Source: Gekko japonicus (Eukaryota). From it: a stretch of DNA of 64,000 nucleotides. Position 1 is the first letter of the stretch; every line of letters starts with the position of its first letter. The translations under genes were made by a program, and so were the position numbers. The stretch covers positions 2,082,891-2,146,890 of the forward strand of contig NW_015164181.1 of assembly GCF_001447785.1 (NCBI RefSeq), written 5' to 3'. Shown here one piece after another: positions 1 through 10,903 of this stretch. The notes under the pieces are model-generated. The model searched no databases. It worked only from the letters and a program-made list of their open reading frames with translations, and had not been told where the DNA came from.

Positions 1-518
1 TTAGCTTGGAGAAACGACGACTGAGGGGAGACATGATTGAGGTTTATAAGATAATGCATGGGATAGAGCAGGTAGAGAAAGAGGTACTTTTCTCCCTTTC
101 TCACAATACAAGAACTCGTGGGCACTCCATGAAACTGCAGAGCGGTCGGGTTAGAACGGATAAAAGGAAGTACTTCTTCACCCAAAGAGTGATTAACACA
201 TGGAATTCACTGCCACAGGAAGTGGTGGGTGCTACAAGCATGGACGGCTTCAAAAGGGAATTAGATAAGCATATGGAGCAGAGGTCCATCAGTGGCTATT
301 AGCCACAAGGTATAGCTAGGGGCTCTGGGGCAAGTGATGCTCTGTCTTCTTGGTGCTTGGGGGGGGGGTCAACAGTGGGAGGGCTTCTAATGTCCTGGCC
401 CCACTGCTGGACCTCCTGATGGCACTGGTATTTCTGGCCACTGTGTGACACAGAGTGTTGGACTGGATGGGCCTTTGGCCTGATCCAACATTGGCGTCTC
501 TTATGTTCTTATGTTCTT
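1..518 (+). mobile_element. CR1 LINE 3' end (ORF2 C-terminus, 3' UTR and (TTCTTATG)n tail), continues upstream of the window
   Basis: ORF 6-302 LEKRRLRGDMIEVYKIMHG...RTRGHSMKL...KYFFTQRVINTWNSLPQEVV is typical CR1 ORF2 C-terminus; octamer tail tcttatgttcttatgttctt at 499-518. Confidence 0.93.
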
Positions 519-909
519 AACATAATGGGCTCTAGAAACCAAATTGACTACTATTATTTTATTAAACTGCATTCTTCAATCCACCTGCAGCCCCACTGGC
601 TTCAGCTCAGTCTCATTGCTTGCGAGAGAGCCATCCATTTGGCTCATTAGCCCCAGGTGTTCCTCTTGATTTGGCAGTTGCCAGGCAGCGAGGCACACGC
701 TCCGCCTCCTCCTGAGGAGCTCCAAGCGCGCCCTCCTCCTCCTGTGTTCCCCTGGCTCCGGGGAAAGGAGAGGCGAAGCAGCCTGTGAAGTCTCCCCAAG
801 ATCTTGGGTTGTTGAGGCGCTTCCTCTCCGGGTTGCCTCTTCCGTGTTCCCAGTGCTCATGGGGCTGGAGTATATGCTGACCTTAGCAACTGGGGCACTA
901 GGACCTGCC

Positions 910-1614
910 ATCCGGAACCTAAAAAGGTAAGTCAAACAGAACAGAGGGCCAACAATAAAAACTTAATGCATATAGTATAAAAAGATACCTGTATTTATTA
1001 ACAAAGAATTAAAGAACATATAAGGGCCCAATCACACCTCATGTAAAAATACCAAAATCTAGCACACAAGGGCCAGTGGACTTGACCTGACGTGTTTCAG
1101 CCCGCTCTTTGCTTAAAGGACAGTTTTACTGAGGACACTTTGGCTAAACAATCATTGGAAGGTGCTTTCTGGACCAGAAATTGTTATCAGTGAAACATCA
1201 TTTGGCATGTGATTGCATCTTTGGAGGCCTCATTTATACTTTTATTCTGTGCCTAGTGGTTTCACTTTGGAACAATTCTTTTCTGGTCCATCTTGTATCT
1301 ATGTTGCTTAATTGTATGATTGTACTGTATTATGATATAAGCCAATATGCTCATCATTGTGTTTGACCTCTGAAGAAAGCCTATACAGGCTGAAATGCGT
1401 CAGGTCAAGTCCACTGGCCCTTGTGTGCTAGATTTTGGTATCTTTACATGAGGTGTGATTGGGCCCTTGTATGTTTTTTAATTCTTTGTTAATAAATACA
1501 TGTATCTTTTTATACTATGTACATTAAGTTTTTATTGTTGGCCCTCCATTCTGTTTGAGTTACCTTTTTAGGTTCTGGATCCTAGGTGTCAGGGATAATC
1601 CCCCCCCCCTTTTT
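910..1614 (+). mobile_element. Penelope-like element relic: inverted pseudo-LTR arms, 34-bp tail and 16-bp TSD
   Basis: Arms 910-1102 and 1388-1580 are reverse complements (about 12 mismatches in 193 bp); unpaired tail 1581-1614; TSD GGCACTAGGACCTGCC at 894-909 and 1615-1630; hammerhead motif inside. Confidence 0.85.
1363..1408 (+). ncRNA. Minimal type I hammerhead ribozyme motif (Penelope-type)
   Basis: Stem I TTGACCT(1363-69)/AGGTCAA(1402-08); core CTGAAGA 1370-76; stem II AGCCT-atac-AGGCT; GAAA 1392-95; short palindromic stem III ATGCGT; predicted GUC cleavage after 1401. Confidence 0.82.
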
Positions 1615-3081
1615 GGCACTAGGACCTGCCTCCACCATCTCAGGGTTGTTGACCGCATCAGCTGGTTGAGTCTCGGAGTTGCTAATGGGGATGTTATCAG
1701 CATCAGCTGAGTGATCCTCAGCTAAAGCAGGCTGGCGCAGGATACATTTTCGGGTCCCCCCAACTATGCACAAGTGGAGAGGAAGTGCATGAGCAAAAGT
1801 CCAAGCCCAAGGACTTTCTCCTTTGTTCTCCTCATAAGTAAACTGGATTTGTTAATGAACTATGAATACAGCCTATGTAAACTAATGTATCACAAGAAAA
1901 ATGACCAGGTGCTGGTTTGTGTTCTTTAAATTCACATTACCCTTCTTGTCATGTGGTGGCAACTCATCTGTGCATTGTAGTCTGCAGCCAAAATGAAGCC
2001 ATGCGCATACTGTACTATCTGAAAAGCTGGCATTGAGAAATGCCAAAAGAGTCACCCGCGGGGACCCTGCAAATGCAGGTTTCCAAGCTTAGTCAGCGGC
2101 TGCTGTGTTGAAATCCTTGGAATTCACTCCAGGGTCTTAAGCCCGAGAAAAGCAAGCCAGTTGTTCTGTGCATTAATAAATCAATGAGAGCTGGTGTGTT
2201 AAGCTCGTAAAAAAAGAGGGTGAACTAGGATTGTTTTACAGCAAGCACTTGCAGACAGCAAAAGCTGCATGTAGCTATTAGAGACTTTGCGAAATAACCG
2301 ATTTCAGGCTGCCAAGCGCCAGCTCCTGATGCGGCGTTGGAGCTTTTGAAATGGAAAGAAAGAATGAATCCTTTTGAAGATCCCCTGGAATTTTTGTTGA
2401 AGCCTGCCTGAGGACAGAACATTACAGCAATTTAATTCATTACTCCACTTAAAGATTTCCCCCCAAATATATATATATATATATACACATCCATACACAT
2501 ATGGATGAAACGTTTATAAACCTCAGTGGGTGTTCAGCTTGCTGAATGGAGCAGGTCTCTTTGAAGGTTTGCTTTACAAGGTGCTCAGGGATGGTTTACA
2601 GCAGAGAAGGCCTATTGGATAAGCAAGGAGAAGAACAGACTGGCAATTGGACTGAGGGCTGGTGCTGATGACACAGCTTTGTGTGGGGTTCTTGCTGACA
2701 GAGGAGTTGGCTTGGTGATGTTGAAAACCTGCAATATAAAAACATACCAGGCAAAGTGGAAAGAAAATTTTAACAACAGAAGAAACCTGGAACGGGTACT
2801 AAAACCCTATCTCCACCCAGTTCAATTTCAAACAGTTAAGAGGTGTATTGTTTGCAGAAGATGCTCACACTTGGCCTTGGGAGGGACTTGCGGGGTGGGA
2901 CGACACTTTTTCAGGTGAAAGGGAGCCACTAAAAATGTGCCTCTGCATGCCCGCTTGGCACAGGGTTGTTAAATCTGCCCATGGCCGTCTTTGAAGTACT
3001 GGCGGGAGTTGCAGGGCCCCAGCAGGAGAGGAGACGGGGCTGTCCCTGGCTGCCCTTGGATGGGTCACGTAGCTCTGTGAC

Positions 3082-3287
3082 CAGTGTTCCCTCTAAGCTG
3101 AGTTGGTGTGAGCTAGCTCACAGTTTTTTAGCCTCCGGCTCACAGATTTTTGTCTTAGCTCAGGAAGGAGGGCTCCAGAGCAAACTAATTGATGCAGTAG
3201 CCAAATCACTCGCTCACAACTTTAATGCCAGTAGCTTACAAAGTAGAATTTCTGCTCACAAGACTCCACAGCTTAGAGGGAACATTG
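3082..3287 (+). mobile_element. ~205-bp hAT-type MITE, family A
   Basis: TIRs CAGTGTTCCCTCTAAGCTG / CAGCTTAGAGGGAACATTG; same family as 8170, 39481, 41997, 46221 and 61060; TSD not clear in this copy. Confidence 0.85.
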
Positions 3288-3454
3288 TGACAACCAGCCT
3301 TTTGGGGGGAGCGTGCTCCCAAAGTCACACCCCAGGGAAACAAAGTAGCACCCCTCGGATGCATACTGGAATATATCTCCCCACCCCCGTGCTGTACTGT
3401 GATTTTGCCTCTGAGCAGGTAAGGAAGAGCCTCTAAAGCAGATGTGATACAATA

Positions 3455-3550
3455 GCCCTGTTTGGTGTAGTGGTTAAGTGTGCAGACTCTAATCTGGAAG
3501 AACCAGGTTTGATTCCTCACTCCTCCACATGCAGCTGCCGGGTCACCTTA
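3455..3550 (+). mobile_element. tRNA-derived SINE, 5' part
   Basis: tttggtgtagtggttaag A-box head; same family as 9604 and 32700. Confidence 0.7.
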
Positions 3551-3979
3551 CGGTAGGGGATTGTTCACGGGTCCCTCAAATGCTTACAGTACAGCTCTGT
3601 GGCATGACCCATGTAGATGGGCACAAGCCCTGATCATGTGAGCCTCGCTGGGATTGCTGTCATATTCCCACCTCCACCTTGGTAGCGAGTGTGAATTTCA
3701 TATTCAGAATGCTGCACCAACCCATTTAGGGGGATGCCATATTATATTTTCCAGGTTCTTGTAGGATGTTGTGTAGGGCCTGTAAAACTGCTGTTTATTA
3801 TTATTTTTTAAATCATTCTACTGCATTGGGTGCTTTTCTTCGGTCAAATTTTTAGGAGGTAGAGCAGTATACCATAGTATTAAATAAGTGAAAAATCCTG
3901 TCTTCCTTTGAAAACAGTTTCAGAATACTTGTGGATTCTCCATTCCCTTACCCTTTTTTAATATATATATATATATATA

Positions 3980-4018
3980 NNNNNNNNNNNNNNNNNNNNN
4001 NNNNNNNNNNNNNNNNNN
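3980..4018. other. Assembly gap within a (TA)n microsatellite
   Basis: Run of N flanked by TA repeats. Confidence 0.98.
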
Positions 4019-4153
4019 TATATATATAGTGTAAACATATATGGAGTAGCATTGCATGAGAGACACCCAACCTTTGTACATAAAACGTTCTGCAGTCAGC
4101 TGCCCTTTCAACTCAATCGCAGACTAATAGACTGTCTTTCTGTTTCCTCCCAG

Positions 4154-4202
4154 GGCTGACGAAATTGAGATGATCATGACGGACCTTGAAAGAGCAAATC
4201 AG
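4154..4202 (+). CDS. CUX1: CUX1 exon 9 equivalent (49 bp), (K)ADEIEMIMTDLERANQ, coiled-coil
   Basis: ttcctcccag acceptor and CAG|gtagga donor; translation identical to recalled human CUX1/CASP. Confidence 0.96.
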
Positions 4203-5037
4203 GTAGGATTTTAGATGTCAGATCGTAAGAGCAGCCTTGAAGCCATGGAATGTTATGCTACCAGGTGGGCCAAGGCTTTTACTGTCAGTTTTTAGCTGCA
4301 ATATCATGTCTCATTACTTCAGTGACACTCAGTTTTCTCAGCTTAGGGCATGATGCTAATATTTCTGATTGTTTAACCACAGTTAATGGTTATTCCATGG
4401 TCACAGTTAATCAGTGGGGGGGCCCTGTCGACAGGGTTTATTTAATTATTTAAAACATTTCTATGCTGCCTTTCCACCCAACTTAAGGGCAGCGAACATA
4501 AAAACCTTCTGAACATTAAAACAGCATTTAAAATACAGATATGTATATACACAGACCCTCACACGCACACAGTTAAATAAAACAAGCACATAACTAGGGA
4601 GGAGAGCTGATGAGAGTTGTTTTTTCATATACATCCTTAACTGTGACTTTTGGATCCTGGGTTCATGTGCTGATTAAGAGGGAAGTCCTCTTTGCCCTAG
4701 GGTTTAACGTCACTGCCAGCTTTCACTTAACGCAGTGATCCGCAACATGATATGCATGAGCGTCACGGCACTCGCCACTGTGTTTCCTGATGTTCACTTC
4801 CTTCTTCCCGAAAGCAACGAGCCAATCCTGGCTTTCCTTCACCTCATTGGAGTGCAAGATGTTTCAGAAGAGCTTAGGTGGCGTTACCTTTGTGTTTGTG
4901 GGGAGCACCTGTTGGGAAATAGCTGTCCCCATTGTAGGAGGACACTTGATTTGGCTGTACTCCCATCCAGAACAGGGGATTCCCCAATTCCTGGGTCAGC
5001 ATAGTTTGATAGTGCTCCTGACTGGAATGATCTTGTC

Positions 5038-5079
5038 ACTGTGATGAATGGCCTACTGACTGTGATGAATGGCCTACTG
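5038..5079 (+). repeat. 21-bp tandem duplication (ACTGTGATGAATGGCCTACTG)x2
   Basis: Directly visible, immediately 5' of an L2 fragment. Confidence 0.9.
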
Positions 5080-5280
5080 ACATCTGATTTAGATTACTGC
5101 AAGGAGGTCTGCATGGGGCCGCCCTTGAAGTCTGTCCAAAAGCGACAGTTGGTACAGAATGCTGCAGCCAGAATGTTGACTGGAGTGGACCATAGGGACC
5201 CTGTCGCTGCAGTCTCGTTGCATCTGTAGTGGCCCCCGTTTTGCTCCCAGGCTTAATTCAAAGTGGTGGTATTGACCTCC
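5080..5280 (+). mobile_element. L2 LINE ORF2 fragment
   Basis: Translates SDLDYCK...GPPLKSVQKRQLVQNAAARMLTG, the L2 LDYC/LQLVQNAAAR motif. Confidence 0.8.
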
Positions 5281-5339
5281 TTCTCCCATATGACCCTACC
5301 CATCTGCTCCAGATATCTTAATATTAATAAGATATCTTA

Positions 5340-5361
5340 TTAATAATAATAATAATAATAA

Positions 5362-5392
<31 letters not shown>

Positions 5393-5394
5393 AA
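5340..5394. repeat. Compound (TAA)n(GAA)n microsatellite
   Basis: Directly visible. Confidence 0.95.
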
Positions 5395-5583
5395 TTCTGT
5401 TGCATTGATTGAACTTGATAACTGTTTTTTCTTTGAAGAGTTCAGAATAATTGTCCTGCATTTTTACGGTCATTGGGAAGAAATGGGTCTCAACTCAGTG
5501 CGGTCGCTCTGTTGTTCTGAAAGATGTAACGTTCTCTCAATGCCTTAGAAGTTTTGAGAAAAATCCAAGCAGATTGTTTAAAA

Positions 5584-6179
5584 CAGAGATGTCAAACTCA
5601 TTTGTTATGAGGGTCGGATCTGACATAATGTGTGCCATAATATGTAATGCCAGATACCGGAGATATAAACTTTATAAGAGATGGAGGGGGGTTATACCCC
5701 GCCCTTCACTACCTGAAGGAGTCTCGGAGTGGCTTACAATCTCCTTTCCGTCCTCTCCCCACAACAGACACCCTGTGAGGCAGGTGGGGCTGAGAGAGTT
5801 CTGAGGGAACTGTGACTGGCCCAAGGTCACCCACCTGGCTTCATATGGAGGAGTGATTAGAGTCCGCCGCTCTTAACTACTACACCATGCTGGCTCTATA
5901 AAGGACATGGGCAAACCCAATTAACAATATTATTTTTCACTCAAAATACAAACATGCTTAAAACATTGACACTCTTACAGTATTTCCTCAAAGTCTCTCC
6001 CTGATGCCCACCCTCCCACTTCCACGGCCCGTTACCCATTTGCACTGGGGCAGTATATGGGGACATAATGCACAGCCTTTATCATCTGGCAATAAAGGTA
6101 ATGACCAGTTGCTCACGGGCCAGATAAGAGCTCTGGATGGGCCGGCTCTGGCCCACAGGCTGTATGTTTGACACCCCTG
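5584..6179 (+). mobile_element. hAT (Charlie-like) non-autonomous element with a nested minus-strand tRNA SINE (~5685-5895)
   Basis: TIR CAGAGATGTCAAAC / GTTTGACACCCCTG; 8-bp TSD GTTTAAAA (5576-83) / GTTTGAAA (6180-87). Confidence 0.8.
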
Positions 6180-7588
6180 GTTTGAAAGATTCTCTCCACC
6201 TACCCTGTCCCTTTCCTCCCTCCTTGCAGTTGCATTAAGCAGTAAAATGAAATGTTGCTGTTCTCCTTGCTGGACAGAAGGGCTTTCTGTGGTGTATTAA
6301 GCGAGCCTGTGTAATATGAACATCTCTGTAATTCCCCAAGGCAAATGTCCCATCTATTGACTCTTTCCACTGGTACCCCAGAAGGATACCACAGCAGGCT
6401 GTCGGGGGGCGGACCATGGCGGGTGCCGTTGTATGAAGGCCTGGGGCACACTTTGTCAGTGGGATGTAGATAGCTGCGCTGCAAAGCTTTCAAAATAGGC
6501 GATGAGCACATGCTGACCATTAAAATGAGTTGTTAAATAGCAGTGGTTCTAAGAGAAACACTTGAGGGAAGCCCCACTTGGACAGCAAGAAAGCGAAGAA
6601 CTTCCCGTTACATTTGCAGTTCATTCAAAATTTCTGCAAAGCCCCAATATGGATTGGGCGTGCGGCGGACCCCAGAGTGCAGAAGGAGGGAACAAGAGCT
6701 CCTGTGGCCGCCAAACACCTAACCTGGACTGGGGCCTCGGGCCAATTTTTAAAGAACAATGGCGTTGGCAGCCACAGGATAGTCCTGCGGCTACCGTCAC
6801 TCGTAGTTTGAACCTGATACCTATATTTGCATTAGAGCTGCAACAATGAACCAATTAGAGTCGCCAGTGAAAAAATTGATGATCAGAGGTGAGCCTGGTT
6901 AGTCAGGCAGGAGAGGCTTTCAATTCAAGTTCCACCCCCTCCAGGTGCCTCTTTAGACTAGGCATCCTTCTTTCCTCTCTCCAATTGGAGGGACTGTCTT
7001 CAAACAACAGACAAGCCTGTCTCATTTTACAAACAAACTGTGTCTCTCCCCCCCCCCCTTCAGAAAATGTGTTTTTAGTCTTACCAGCATTTTAATCTCC
7101 TTGGTAATTTTCTGTCGATTAAAACATGAATGCGCATGGTGGGCCCTGACTTCATTCTGTATTGTGCGAGAGAAATCGTTACGGAGCAGAGGGATCAGCC
7201 CACTCCCGCCCCCCGATTGTGCTTGTTTCAGGCCAAATGGGCAGAGTATCTCTTAATTCAGTATTTACTCGTGAGAATTACTCCCACGAGGAAGTGTGCA
7301 CGGCCGCCTTGCTTTGGCTGGGAAGCACGGGAGGCAATTGAATCAAAGGCTTCCATTTCCACTTGCTTTCCTCCAGCCTGGGAAATTCAGTGGGCTGCAG
7401 CATTTGTGTCAGCAGGGGATTCCTTGCTCCTAGCGTTAAATTACTGTCATAATCGCTCAATTATTTCTTCCTTGTACTGTTTAAAATAAAAATCCATCAC
7501 ATTCTGAGGAATTTCCCCCCACCACCACCACCCTATCGTTTATTAGGTTGAGTGTTTAGGAAAATCAATTATACTCAGTCGGGCATGA

Positions 7589-7885
<297 letters not shown>

Positions 7886-8169
7886 TGACCTCCTCTTGTG
7901 CTGTTGGTTTCCAGCATAGAGTGGGACGTTAATGGGGAGGGGGAACGGGCTTTTATGTGCCTGCCTGGATCCCTGGGGGATCCCTAGGAGACGAAATCTC
8001 ACGTGGAGCAAATGTGCCTCCTCCTCCTCCTCCCTTCAGCCTTGTCTTGCCCAGTACAAAGCCCAGTACAGACACCCCTGGGCTTACTGCTCACCCACAG
8101 CATCCCCATGGGCAGATGGCGGGGGTGCCACTCCCTCACTGTCCGTTCTCCGCTTTCTACAGTTGTGGG

Positions 8170-8375
8170 CAATGTTCCCTCTAAGCTGAGTTAGTGTGAG
8201 CTAGCTCACGGTTGTTTAGCCTCCAGCTCACACATTTTTGTCTTCGCTCAGGAAGGAGGCCGCCAGAGCAAACTAACTTACGCAGTAGCCAAATCGCTCG
8301 CTCACCACTTTAATGCCAGTAGCTCGCAAAGTAGAGTTTTTGCTCATAAGACCCCACAGCTTAGAGGGGACATTG
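8170..8375 (+). mobile_element. hAT MITE family A
   Basis: TIRs plus perfect 8-bp TSD GTTGTGGG (8162-69, 8376-83). Confidence 0.9.
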
Positions 8376-8680
8376 GTTGTGGGGATTTACTCAGAATCGG
8401 GCCTAGAAATCGTGTGTCTGCCCATTTTTTAAAAAAATCATAATTAAAAAAATAGTCCCTCGACCTTGCGACTGTTGCGCAGCTGTTGTTTCCCGCAAAG
8501 CACTGGCATTGGAAGCCATGCACTGGGCTCATTCTTGCTGAGCAGTTATGTAGAATGCTGTCTACACACTTTCTTCCCCTTTGTATCTCTATAAATATTT
8601 TTTTAGAGAGAGAGCTGAAAATTCAACAAAACGTCCTGAAATATCCCTGAGGAGGTCCCCTCCTTCCACATGGCTGTGGG

Positions 8681-9023
8681 CAGGGGTCATTTCATAGAAA
8701 AAGAGCTAGGGGAACTCATTAGCATAACTCATTAGCATATGCCACACCCCCTGACATCAGGGGCCCTGCGGTGGACCTGCAAGGCCAGCGGGAGTGCGAG
8801 GAAGCCCCGCTAAGGCCCTCCCTGGCCCCAGGCAGGCAAGGGTGGGGAGAGGCGGGGAGGAAGCAACTTACCCTCCCTCTTCTCCTGCCTCCTCCTGGCT
8901 GAATGAGGGCCGGAAGCAGGGCGGCCAGAAGCAGGGGGCGGGGCTTCGTCATGTGCCCCGCCCCCATGCACCTCACCCCGGGGGAACTGCGTTCCCCCAC
9001 GTTCCCCCCCAAAATGACCTCTG
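8681..9023 (+). mobile_element. GC/CpG-rich hAT MITE, family B
   Basis: TIR CAGGGGTCATTT / AAATGACCTCTG; perfect TSD GCTGTGGG (8673-80, 9024-31). Confidence 0.88.
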
Positions 9024-9187
9024 GCTGTGGGCATTCTCGAATGGGCCAGGGCATCTTTGGGGGTTGGAATGGCTGGCTGGTAAAATTTAACATCAAGAAG
9101 GTTTTGCTGGCTTACGCGGAATCGAACAAAGTCACCTTCTGGCTCCTCCCAGCCCTGTGTATCAACCGAGATTCTGTCTCGATGGGA

Positions 9188-9390
9188 GGGGCTGTGGCTC
9201 AGTGGCAGAGCATCCACTTGGCATGCAGAAGGTCCTACGTTCAGTCCTCAGTATCTCCAGGATCTGGCAGTAGGTGATGTGAAAAACCTCTGCTTGAGAC
9301 CCTGGAGACCTGCCGCCAGTCTGAGTAGACAGTACTGACATTGATGGACCAAGGGTCTGATTCAGCATAAGGTAGCTTCATGTTTTCATG
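9188..9390 (+). mobile_element. tRNA-derived SINE with CR1-like 3' end (Squam3-like)
   Basis: ggggctgtggctcagtgg head and ...gattcagcataaggtagcttcatg tail. Other copies at approx. 12330(+), 16296(-), 20855(+), 21603(-), 22315(-), 22883(-), 40795(-), 49668(-), 52355(+), 54955(-), 55350(-), 57665(+). Confidence 0.8.
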
Positions 9391-9603
9391 CATTAGCAGT
9401 ATGGCTGGCTTCTTTGGGTCTGGGCGTTAGGGAGCCCTGGCTGTTTGTGCCTGGAGAGCAACGAAGAAAGATCACTTGAATGGCAGAGCAACTTCGAGAA
9501 AGGAGAGCTACATGGATTGAGGCCATCTGTCAGGCCATGACCATCAAGTGCCTCCAGTAGTGAGGCTGCCAGGAGGGGAAGCCGCTTCAGCCAGTGTGAT
9601 GTA

Positions 9604-9862
9604 GTTTGGTGTGGTGGTAAAGAGTGAGGACTCTAATCTGGGAGAACCAGGTTTGATTCTCTACTCCTCCACATGCAGCTGCTGGTGTGACTTTGGGTCA
9701 GTCACAAGTTTTTTCAGAGCTGTTCTCTCTCAGCCCCACCTACCTCACAGGGTGTCTGTTGTGGGGAGGGGAAAGGAAAGGAGATTGTAAGCCTCTCTGA
9801 GACTCTTGAGTGAAGGGCAGGGTATAAATCCAATATCACCTTCTTCTCCTCCTCCTCCTCCT
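9604..9862 (+). mobile_element. tRNA-derived SINE with L2-like tail
   Basis: gtttggtgtggtggtaaag head, cctacctcacagggtgtctgttgtgg core, gggtataaatcca followed by a (CCT)n tail. Confidence 0.8.
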
Positions 9863-10903
9863 CGTTTCCTCCCAGAGCATCATTAACGTCCCCTTGATGT
9901 GTGTGGCCTACCATGTCCCTCTGAAATAGCACCCTTTCGAGGATTCCAAGTTGTCATTACTTGGTAGCTCCCTTCAGCCTGTTTCACAAGGCCTCTGCTG
10001 TTATACAAGTAATTTATTCACTTCGGGACCAACAGCCAAAAACTTGGGTTGTTTTGAAACAATATGTGAGAATCTGCTCAACCCCCCCCCCGCTTCCTGC
10101 CAGTGCTGCACAGCCCCTCCTCTTACAAATCCACATGGGTGATTCGAGTAGCGTTTTTACCTGGGTATGGAATGATCTGTTGGGGATCATTCCCAATGCC
10201 CACTTTGGAAGCATCAGCTTTACGTGGGGAATTGCCATTTGGACTTTGGAGGCTGATGGCTCTGAGTTCTTCTGGGGAAAGTGTGGTTCATTAGCAGAGA
10301 CGGAAAAGGTCCAAATGCCTCCTTGTCCAAGGGCTTAATAGTTAGAAATATTTCCCGCCCACCCCCACAGTTGTCCAGAGGCATGTTTTTACAAATACTT
10401 AGTCCCACCACATGGATATCCATCAAGATGTTCAGATCATAAGTCAACACCCAGAAATACTTAAAAAGAACTGACGTTGCTGCTACAGACACCATTCATC
10501 ATTGCGCTATGATCATCCATATCACATAAAACCGTCAACGCAAGAGGTTCTGTTGCTGTCGTCAGGCCCATAACAAAGTGGAATTTCGTCCTCCTCTTTC
10601 TACCTTCTGGTTGTCAGCGCAGAGCCATCAGCCAACTTTCCCTTTCTGTTTAGATAATTATAGCCTCCTCTTCTCCCCAATGGGAATCCAAAGTTGTTTC
10701 CAACATTTTTCTCCCCTCCTCCGTTTTATCCTCACAGCCACCACCCGCACGGGGTAGGATAGGTTAGGCAGAGCGAGAGGGACTGGCCAAAGTCACTCAG
10801 CTTCCTTGGCAGAGAGGAGGTTCAAACCTGAGTCTCCCAGATTCTCGTCCAACAGTCTAACCAACTGTACAGTGCTGTAGTGGCCGTCTACAGTTGGTTA
10901 GTT

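Larger units (their letters stand above)
575..1800 (-). mobile_element. Older repeat (possibly an LTR-retrotransposon LTR fragment) split by the Penelope-like insertion
   Basis: Minus-strand ORFs 1582-1773 and 576-935 join in frame at the duplicated AGPSA codons once 910-1630 is removed; family assignment is only a resemblance. Confidence 0.35.

Noticed and set aside
8681-9023. Native CpG-island promoter
   Set aside because: CpG richness is confined between TIRs and a perfect 8-bp TSD, so it is a young MITE.
9188-9260. tRNA genes at several GGCTCAGTGG...GGTTCAA sites
   Set aside because: They are SINE heads followed by LINE-derived tails and do not form a full cloverleaf.
10380-10495. Minus-strand FKYFWV...HV peptide as a LINE remnant
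   Set aside because: Too degenerate to assign by eye.
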